From Camelus ferus (Eukaryota), in assembly GCF_009834535.1 (NCBI RefSeq), contig NC_045696.1, positions 4,590,001 through 4,654,000 of the forward strand: DNA of 64,000 nt. Direction: 5' to 3'. The position numbers were made by a program, and so were the translations under genes. The stretch's first letter is position 1. The number at the start of each line of letters is the position of its first letter. A model generated the notes under the pieces. That model made no database searches, had not been told where the DNA came from, and worked only from the letters and a program-made list of their open reading frames with translations. Positions 53,871-64,000 of the stretch are shown one piece after another.

Positions 53871-56800
53871 TTGGTTCCCTCTTTATTCTACCAAATACTT
53901 GAGGAAGAAATAATAAAATTCTACACAAATTCTTCCAGAAAGTTGAAGTGGAAAGAATACTTCCCAAGTTATTTTATGAGATCAGCATTACCCTGATAAT
54001 AAAACAAGACAAAGATATTATAAGAGAAAAAAACCACAAATATTTCCCATGAATATATATGTAAAAATTCTGAACAAAATTTTATCAAATTGAATCCAGT
54101 GGCATATAAAAAGGATAATACAACAACATATCAAAAGGGCTTATTAGCTCCAGGATGCAAAGTTGATTTTAAATTTGCAAATTAATCAAGGTAATTCACT
54201 ATATTAACATATTAAAAATAAAACACATGTGATCACTTCAGTAGGTGCAGAAAATCATTGACAAAATACAACATCCTCCTATGATAAAAACTCTCAGAAC
54301 ACTCAGGAATAGAAGGGAGATTTCTCAATTTGATAAAAAGCAGCTAAGGAAATTCTACTGCAGCTGATACCATGCTTAGTGGTGAATGACTACATGCTTT
54401 CCTCCAAAGATGATGACTACAAGGATGTATGCTTTAACCACTTCTATTCAACATTGTGCTGGAGGTTGCACCCAATGCAGTATGGCCAGAAAAGTAAACA
54501 AATGGCATCCTGATTATAAAGAAAAAATTCATCATCTACAAATGTAGATGCCAATCTTTGATTTAAAAAAGTCTGATGGCATCTACAAAAAAAGCTATTC
54601 AAATATGTGAATTTATCAAAATAGAAGTATACAAGATCAACACACACACACATTGTAGGTAGAAAAAAAATTTAAATACTGTTTATAATAGCATCAAAAA
54701 ACAAGAAATACTTAGGGATAAGTCTGACTCAAAGTGTGGAACACTTCAACTGAAAATTTCAAAACATTTCTGAGAGACATAAAAGAAAAAAAAATTTTTT
54801 AATGATTTGGAGGTTTTGGTATTGTTAAGATGTCAGTTCTCCCCCAAATAACCTATAGATTCAATACAATCCCAGTGAAAACCCAGAAGCCTTTTTTTTT
54901 AAAAACAAACAGAGATTAATTAGTTGATTCTAAAATTTATATTGAAATACAGAGGACCTGGAATAGCCCAAAGAACTCTAAAGAGTAGAAATAATAATTC
55001 AAGAGGGTTAACACTTCTTGACTTTGATGTATTATAAACCTAAATAATAGAATCCAGAAATTGATCCATACATATATGGACAACTGAAATTTGATAAAGG
55101 TGCAAAGACAATTGAGTGAAAAAAAATGTTATTTCAATAAATGATGCAGGAAAATTTTTATATCCACATGCAAAAAAAAGTTTCAATCCATACTTTGTAC
55201 CGTGTACAAAATTAACTCAAAATGGATCATAGATCTAAATATAAATCAATAAACTTTTAAAGAAAAATGGGAGAAAATCTTTGCAACCTTGAGTTATGTA
55301 AAGATTTCTTAGACATGGCACGAAAATCTCAATCCATAGAAAACAAATTGTTACATTGGATTTTATCAAGATTAAAAACTTCTGTTTATTTAAGGATACT
55401 GTTAGGAAAATAAAAAGGCAAGCCCCTGCCTGGGAGAAAATGCTTCCAAGACATATATCTGTTAAAGGCCTTTTGTTCAGAAATATGACATCTAAATACT
55501 CAATCATAAGAAAACAAACACCCCTATTTTAAGAAATGGGAAAAAGATTTGGAGAGATACCGCAACAAAAAAGATATACAATGGCTAATGAGCACATTGG
55601 AAATTTGCTTAGCATCGTTAATCTTCAAGGAAATGCGAATTAACACCACAATACTGTCGATCCCTCTACATATTTAAAATTAAAAACAATGACTAGACCA
55701 AGTGTTAATGAGAATATGAAACACATGGGACTCTCATAAACTTCTGGTAGGAAAATGATACAGCCTTTTTGGAAGTTTGGCAGTTTCTTAAAAAGAGGAA
55801 CACCTACCATATATTCCATCCATTCTGTTCTTAGGTACTTACTCAAAACATATGTCCACACAAAGAGTTTGATATGAGTGTTCAGCTTTATTTGTACTAG
55901 CCAAAAATGAGTCCGAGCCCACCATCAGATAAATGAGTAAACAGATTGTTACTTACTTACACAAGTGGATGAAAAGGAATGGATTATTGATGAGACAGTA
56001 GCAGGGTGGAATTTCAAAACAGTTATACTGAATAGAAAAAAACCAGGTAAAAATGTGTGTACTATGTGATCTTATTTATATAAAACTCTAAAACATGCAG
56101 ACTAATCCATAACGGTGGAAAGCACTTCAGTGGTTGCCTTGTGAAGTGGGGGAAGGAGGGATTACATAGGGGGATACATAGACTTTTGGATGATGGATCT
56201 GTTTTTAATCTTAATTATGGTGGTGGCTTCTTGGGTGTGTGCGTATGTTAAAACATCAATAAACATTTGCAGCTTGTTGAATGCCGGTTATATCTTATAA
56301 AGGTGTTTAAGAAAAGGCAAGTGATAGCATGTGTCTGACCTATTAGAGTTGTCTTGATGTTCATATAATAGCATTAGGTAATAATAGTTGCACAGATGGT
56401 GGACATCTCTGTACCTCTCTGCCCAGCCCACAATAACCCCCTTAATTGTCTCTTGCATCTACCTCATACACAATGCCCCAAGCCGCATTTTGCCTCCACC
56501 TCCCTAATCCCTCCCAGTGACCACTGCTGCCCCTCTGATCCCTCTGGTACCCCGAGCCCTTCCTAGTCCCTTCCTCCTTGCGCTGTCCAGCAAACACTGA
56601 CACCCTGTGTCTTGGTGGGCAGGGGTGTGGGTGGAGCGGGTGCACACACTTGAAAGTTGGGCATGGAGGATGCTGTCCCTGCCCTAGGCTAGCAGCACCA
56701 CAGTGCATTTGCAAGCAACTTGCCTGGGGAATGTCTCTTACCCACCTTCCATCAGAGACCAAGAGTGTCCAGGCATGGAGGTTGCAACCCCTTAGGGGTC

Positions 56801-58259
56801 ACTTGTCTATTGTGGGTTGGGGCAACGTTTGTGCATATGGGAAGAGGAGATTGCCTTTCCCATCCTGACGGGGGCGTGGAGCATCAAGGCAGCAACTGGC
56901 AGGAAGCAGGCCCTTCAACAGGTGGGCTGTTTGTGCTGAGTCATGGAGGGTCTCGGGAGCCTGAGAGGAGTGGAGAATTTCCGTCCACATACCATTCTGA
57001 GCAGATGGGGTTCAGTGCACCATAGGAGTATTCCTGCTTTGAGAAGATCTGGGGCTGGATTGGGAGATGGGGAGATGAAACAGTTGCAGAGATTTTTAAC
57101 TATGACAGTGCAGTGGTCCTGATGCTGGTGAGGCCAATAGTCAGCTAAAGGGAGAGGGCACTCCATGGTATGTGTGCACGTTACTGGGACTGAGGGTTCT
57201 CAGGATGCGGGACTTTGGATGCTAACAGAGAAGGTGCCCAAACTCTAGGTTTGTGGCTCCTGTGATGAGGCCTCGTGGAGGAAAGACACTTCCTCTATCT
57301 CCACCTGGGCACTTTCTCTTGTTTCTGTTGTCTCCTGGCTGAGACATAGAACTTGGCTCCTTTCCTTGATTTCCATTAAAAATTCCTCCACCTGAGCCAT
57401 TTGTTTACTGAAGGTTTGGGGAGATGGATTGATTTTATAGCTTACAAACAAATATCATGCAGACACATAAACTTCATTTGGACTCATACCCCTGCTTAGG
57501 TGACCCTGTCCCTGGGATAATGGACTCTTCCTGCAGGCCTTCGCCACTGACCTGTTCTCTTCTATTCTCTGCCTTTTCTGTCTCCCACTGTCCACTAGGA
57601 GCAAATTCTTATTCACTGATGAGTTTGATTAGTTCACCTGTCTCTGTTGCCTCTTTCCAACTTATGGCCATAGACTCCACTCTCCACAAAGGTCTGTTCA
57701 TCGAGGTATTTTTCTGTGCAGGCAGTTTCCCCCTCTGTGTATAATGATGTTTCTGGGGTCAGGCCCTTGAGTACCTGAATCATTGCCCAATGGATCTCTT
57801 GCAGATGTGGAATTGTCACATGAACATCACATCACACTGCACACAGAGTGCAGGAATGAGGGTCTTGGAAGATCCCTAAACTTCTGAAAGTCTCTCCGGT
57901 TTGAGATGAGAATGAAAATAATTCTCCAACTTAGGAAAATACAAAATACTAATGTTAAAAATGGGACTGGGATCAATCCTCTTATCAGTACTTTTAACAA
58001 TGACACTCTCCAATGCTGGAATACTTAGCAAACCACGGAGCTAGCACCGATCTTAAAAGTACTTCTTTTAGAGCATTCTTTACGTCTGCCCATTAGGAGA
58101 TCTCCCTTCAGAAGCTCACTCTTACCTCTGTTGATATATTCATTTCTTTTGAAATTAATTTCATGGCCAGTTTTCTTGACATATATTTGTCCCATAAATG
58201 ACTAAAACTTTTTAAGAGCTGATTAGATGGTAAGATAAGTTGTCTCTGTGGATATCTTA

Positions 58260-58690
58260 GAAAATCATAGACTTTTAGAATTCAGACCTTGGAATCTTCC
58301 TATCCCAACGCCCTCATTTCAAATTTGAGGAAATGAAACTCTGGAGAGGTAAGGCTTATACCTACACTTACAGAGTTAGAGGGAGGCATAACCTGGGTTG
58401 GACACACCAGTGTCTCCTTATCCTGGAGGCCATGGTCTTCCCCACATTGGGAGATGGTGTGGGTCCAAGTAGCTTTACCCAGCCTGTTCATGGCAGGCAT
58501 GTTTCTGGAGCTTTATCCACATTAACTGATTGAGTCATCAGAATGGACTTACTCGGTGAATACTTTTATCAAAGTCTCCATCATATAGTTGGCAAGAGAA
58601 CTGCTAACTGGGTGAGTGGTAGAGCCTGGATTTGAACTCAGGCAGGTGGGCTTGCAGGATGGGCACTGGACCCCAGCACTCCCGTGCTCT
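58260..58690 (-). mobile_element. MIR/MIR3-like fragments
   Basis: ccctcatttcaaatttgaggaaatgaaactctggagagg; gtggtagagcctggatttgaactcaggcag. Confidence 0.6.
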
Positions 58691-59171
58691 AGCCCAGACC
58701 TCTAGTTTGTGGATGTCCCCTCGGAGCACTTTTCTGGGAGTGTTTGGGCAGGCTCCCTTATCAGCATCCTTCCCTCAGTGATGGGGGCAGAATGACTGTT
58801 TACAAAACTGCTTTGCGACTGTCGTGAAACAATTCACTGATGAAGAGTTATTTTAATTGTTGCATAGTTTCAAGGATTCCCAGGAGAGGTTGCTGTCCTG
58901 ATTTTTTAACTCTTTCTTGATGGTCTGATTTTTCTCCCTTGGTCCTCAGAGGACATGGAGGGAAGTTCCCTATCATCATAGCTTCTGTTTAAGAAACTAC
59001 TTCTCACATCCAGATGCGCTTAGGGGGTAGATGAACTATTTTTAGGCATACTCATGCCCTTTAGTTCTAAGTGTAGTTTATTGTTAACAGAATGAAGGTC
59101 TTTAAGTCAGGAAATGTAGGTTTCTTAAATATTTTTCCACTAAATATATTTGATGCAGTTAATCCATGTAA

Positions 59172-59486
<315 letters not shown>

Positions 59487-59814
59487 TAGTATGCTGAAGG
59501 TTGATGCTGTTTCATGATTAAATGTGTTATTAGTGTTTCATATTGGTTTATGCAGCTCGAATCAGACATTCTGCAGTGAGTTGACTGATGGATGGAAATT
59601 CACTTCTCTCACTGTGCATATTAGGAAAGTTGGGTTTTATTGCTGCTCCCAGGAACAGGGAGGTAGGTTGATTAGTGTCTGTGGGAGACCTCGGCGATAC
59701 TGAGGACTGATATCGTGAAACTATGGAAGTCCTGATTTCATGCTGTCCTGATTCTCTGAGGTGTCTTCAGAGCAGTGTGGTATCTCTGGCCTCTTTCTTG
59801 AACATTCTATTCAG

Positions 59815-59990
59815 AATATATATCCAGCACTGATACTGAGAGAGATTTATATATATATATATATATATGATACTATATGTATATATATCTGATAGTGAGA
59901 TAGAATATATAAATAATATGTTATTTAGGTACAAATATAAGTATTTTTTTGTGTTTTTTGTATATAAGTATTTGTACCTAAATAATTTCC
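59815..59990. repeat. AT-rich low-complexity tract with (TA)n
   Basis: Read directly. Confidence 0.8.
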
Positions 59991-60719
59991 TCATTTATTT
60001 TTGGTATCTAGAAATGATACAGCTGAAATTTAGCTTCTAAGAATCTGTGGCTCTTCTTTTCTCATGGTTTTTAAGCTGAATTCTTGCTCCTTGTTACTTG
60101 CCGGGAAAGGCCAAGGTGGGTACTATGCTCAGTTTTCCTGTTTTGCACATCTTTGGATAATGACTGTTGGCTGCTTTTGGACAAGAATCGTAATGAGCAT
60201 TGAATATGGTATAAAAGGTTATAAATGATTGCTTCTCTTTCTGTGTCTTTGTGCCTGCACACACACATTCTAATGTAACTCATGGATACTACCAACATTG
60301 TGTCGACTTATAGAGATGAGAAACTGGAGCTAAACTCTCACGGTGATGGAGCTTTTTTGTTTTTTGGCTTATTGATTTGCTAGACAGTACAGGTTACTAT
60401 TATAACAAGGAACATTAAAAAATCATTAAACCATTAAAAAGTCCAAATGAAAAATTAAATCTTTGGTCTTTAAAGCAGCATTACAGTAAACTATGAAGTA
60501 ATAGATGTTTTTGGCTTTCTTTAATATCATCTTCACAGTGAATTTGAAGTCTCTCACACTTCACTGAACAATAAATTCCTTGCTGTTATGTTGATTAATC
60601 ATAGTAATTTGTTAACTTAGAATACTGAAAAAATACTCAGCTTAAAACCTGAAATGTGATTGCCATAGTCAGAATAGAGACTCACCTGTACAATTTTATT
60701 TGCTAATTTTAATTGCTTA

Positions 60720-61175
60720 AGGGCCTTAATTGCTCTTCTTTAGAGGTCATTTCAGTTTCTTGACCGCAGATGGAGAGATTTGATGACAAGTCGGTCTGGC
60801 TGAGCCCAGAAGCAGAGTCAGGAGCATTCAGTGTACACGGCGAGGGCTTGTGGGTTTGGGGAAGGGGAGAAACTGGGGAGATATTTGCAGTCTCCCACAC
60901 TCAGAGGTCTAGGCCTGTTCAGTCTCTACCATCTTGTAGCAGCCGTCAAAGATGCAGCCTCAGCGTCTGCCCTGGAAGGGGGCGAGAGCAGGGGAGAATT
61001 ACCAGAATTACAAACTGTCTCTGAGTGCTTCTACTTAGAGATGACACATGTCATTTCTGTTCATATTTAATCAGCCAAAGCAAGTCACATGGCCACGTCT
61101 GACTTCAGTAAGACATGTGCCTGAAAGGAGTGTGCCTGAACTGGGAATCTGGGTGAGAAACAGAAATATCTACCA
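60720..61175 (-). mobile_element. Old MLT1 (J/K-like) LTR remnant
   Basis: agagatgacacatgtcatttctgttcatattt...ccaaagcaagtcacatggccacgtctgacttca; the same motif occurs near 12180. Confidence 0.55.
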
Positions 61176-63137
61176 TGAGGTCATGTATCTGTATCTGTAT
61201 CAGTATCTGTATCTGTTATGTTTCCCAGATGTCTTTAATTAGTGTTATGTTTATATGCAGGTTTCACCTTTTTGTAATCTATGTGAATAGACTTTTTTCT
61301 CCTTCCAACATGAACCTAATTAAAATAAAACGAGAGGAGTTTTGTATCTGGTGCTTGGAGAGGATGCTGACGTGCAAATACACAGTTGACATCCTGCTGA
61401 TAAGAACTGATGGCCCCGTGTCCCCTCCTCAATCATATTGGCACTTTGTCCTTTGGCAAAATTTTTAAAGCAACAGCGTGGACAGTGGATAAGCACTGGG
61501 CTTTTCTTTTTTCACAAAAGTATCAGAAAACCAATATTATACAGGCTTTTGCCTCATTAAGGAATACATCCATAGTAAGTTTTTGTTTGTTTATAAGTGA
61601 GCCATTTAAACAGACATAAGTTGTCCCCAAGATGCTCCACATGGCATAGAGAGAGAGAGAGAAGTATACAGAAAGAAAGAGAAAGGTGTTTATACTCAGC
61701 TAGTTGAACCTGAGAACAGGGCCCCATAGCCATGTTATAATCTGCAAGTAGAAAGTCCAGAGTTAAGCCTCATAATGGGACTTACTATCGCTTACAGTCA
61801 GACCCTCCTCTTGTGCCTCAGCCCCATCCTCTGAGGCTGCAAAAATGCTCAGGGAAGGAGGTGATGAAGCCACTAGAAATGGAAAAATAGTTAAAAGAGT
61901 GGGACTCAATAAAAACCAGTTTGGAGTGGTTTAAGTGAATTTCTCTTTAGGGTCCAGAGCCCAGACTGTGGCAGGGCACAGGTAGCCACACATAGGAGGC
62001 AGGGAGGCTCAGAGGAGGAGGCTGGGACCTTGCTCCAACACGTCCCAAAGGCCTGGTGGTGGGGGAAGCGCTGGGGATTCTTGACTATAGGGGAAGACAC
62101 TGCACAGCAGAGAGGTCCCAGGGACCAAGGGACTTTTCCTGCCTGAACTGGCTCTGAGTTCCGGAAAGCCATCTGGATGCTATATGCACAGCAGATGGGC
62201 TGTAAAAGGTTAATTTGTCTTTACTTGGTAAATACGCTGATAATTCCTGAAGCTCCTTGTTGAACTTGTTTAGATTTAGTCATTGTCATTGGCTGTCACT
62301 CCACCTCTCCCTTCCCTGGATAGTGAATCTGGCTGGGAAGTTTGTCCCAGGAAGCACGCCGACTCTGCATGGACCACTTCCTTTAGTTCTGGTTCTCCTG
62401 GTGGAGAAAAGCAATGAACTAAATCAGCCACAAAACAAGCCAGCGTAAGGATCCTAAGTAGTGATTTGGGGGTAGGATTAGAGGCGTGCAGGTGGTGGCT
62501 GACTTGAGAAAGCTCGGAGCTAACGTCAGTCAGGAGAGGGTGCGGAAAGTGGTCCATGCAGGTGAGACCTGTCTACTGTGAGGATGTTGGGTACCACTGC
62601 TCAGCTTCGTGGTTCAGAGCACCCCTAGGGGAGGCAGAGCAGTGAAGGGCTGCTATTATCAGGGGAGCCTTGGGGCTTGAAGCCAGGGCTCTTTGTAAAT
62701 CTTGGCTAAGGTCAATGAGTATCTGTTGTCTGGTCATTCCTTTCTAATGAAACAAAAATTAACATGGTTGTATTCCTATAAAAAGAAATAAAAAGGTTTC
62801 TTTTGGCACAGCTTACTAATTTTGCCCTTTATCTTGGTTGAGAGAATAAATGACTGGGTTACGTTCTTGTAGGGGTGAGAACACAGCCAAGGTCCGTCTG
62901 GGTTTCCATGGGAGCAGTGTGGTGTCACTAGCCATTCTGACAGTGGCATTCATTAGCTTAGTGCACATTGGGTCATGCATTGATTTCTTCCTAGGGCAGG
63001 TTTGAGTTGGCCTGAATGTCGACTCAGGAATCAAGTTGTGCCTCTTTGTCATATGAGGTCATTAGCTCAATGATGTTAAGAATGTAAATGCATTCATGTA
63101 TTTTGAACAATCTTGGGAAGGAATACTCCAGTGGTCT

Positions 63138-63482
63138 TGTTATAGCTTGAATGCGTCCTTCATGTTGCGGGCCTAACCTCCAGTGAGGTGGTGTTTGGAG
63201 AGGGGGTGCCTTTGGGAGGTGATGAGGGTGAGATGTGATCACTAGGGTGGGGCCCCAGGGATGGGATTAGTGTCCTTATAAGAAGAGAACAGAGCTCTCT
63301 CCCCTTCATGTGAGGATGTGGTGAAAGGCGGCTATCTGCAGCCCAGAAGAAGGCTCTTACTACATCCCCCACCACACCGGCACCCACATCTCAGACTTCC
63401 CTCGTCCAGAACTGTCGGAAGAAAGCGTATGTTGTTTACGCCACTCTGTCTGTGGGCAGCAGCTGGGGTGCCATCTGGGACA
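63138..63482 (+). mobile_element. MLT1A-like MaLR solo LTR
   Basis: tgttatagcttgaatg...gcctttgggaggtgat...gatgggattagtgtccttataagaagag...tccagaactgt...gaca. Confidence 0.82.
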
Positions 63483-64000
63483 GGACTGAAGGAAGGAATC
63501 CCATAATCCCCACCAGAGCAAGGAAAGTCTCATCACCTGTGATGATGCCGTGTCCCTGCTTCACCTCTGCCTGGGCTCCTTCCTGACCCCAGGGCACTCA
63601 CTGCGAGCTTGACCTTCACTCTTGGATTCCGGCACAGCAGATGCTCCAAGGCTTGTAACTGTGTGGGGAACAAATGTCTAAGGCCCGGGCACACACTGTG
63701 CATCCAAGGTCCTCCGTTAACATGCTGTCTTACCTAACTGAAATGAGCTAGGATAAACGAGAGTGGTGAGGTCTGAGAGCATTTTTAAAGCACCCTTATC
63801 CCTGCTCTTCCTCTAAGCAAAAATGAGAACCTTTTGAATATCAGATACAACTGTAGCCCAGTGAAAAGGTGTAGTTTGGGTGGGGACGTGCTTTGGGGGT
63901 GCTGCTGATGCCGAGCAGGTACCTGGGCCCCCGTCCTGCAGGAGCACAAGAGCACCAGCTTCACGTTGGAGCTTCACTGAATGGCCTATTATGAATTTCT

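Larger units (their letters stand above)
48975..56310 (+). mobile_element. Decayed, near full-length ancient L1 (L1M-type) hosting nested insertions
   Basis: 5'-end-like sequence at 48975-49190, ORF1-like peptide at 51441 (INPQIQGAQQT...RHIIIKLL), A-rich ORF2 remnants (cttctattcaacattgtgctggagg; tatagattcaatacaatccca) and 3' UTR to ~56310. Joining the 5' piece to the body is inferred. Confidence 0.72.

Overview
This is mammalian genomic DNA, not prokaryotic. It is an internal part of the DSCAM (Down syndrome cell adhesion molecule) gene on the + strand: about 45.8 kb of the 3' part of intron 1, coding exon 2 (45819-46136, Ig domain 1), a 13.1-kb intron 2, coding exon 3 (59251-59397, N-terminal half of Ig domain 2) and the start of intron 3. 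The rest is intron carrying eutherian repeats (L1 of several ages, L2, MIR, MaLR/ERVL/ERV1 solo LTRs, hAT and Tigger MITEs, microsatellites). The youngest L1 3' ends resemble camelid L1s, and I saw no Alu, B1/B2, Bov-tA/BovB or PRE1, so a camelid is my inference. Repeat subfamily names are from recalled consensus sequences and most repeat boundaries are approximate. I found no novel biological system, CRISPR array or RNA gene. The main second-look items are: two L1 pieces 4.3 kb apart that nearly abut in L1 coordinates; a ~130-bp non-repeat duplication just after exon 2; inverted L1 3' ends flanking the frame-symmetric exon 2; a nested transposon stack in intron 2; and several repeat-free candidate enhancers.
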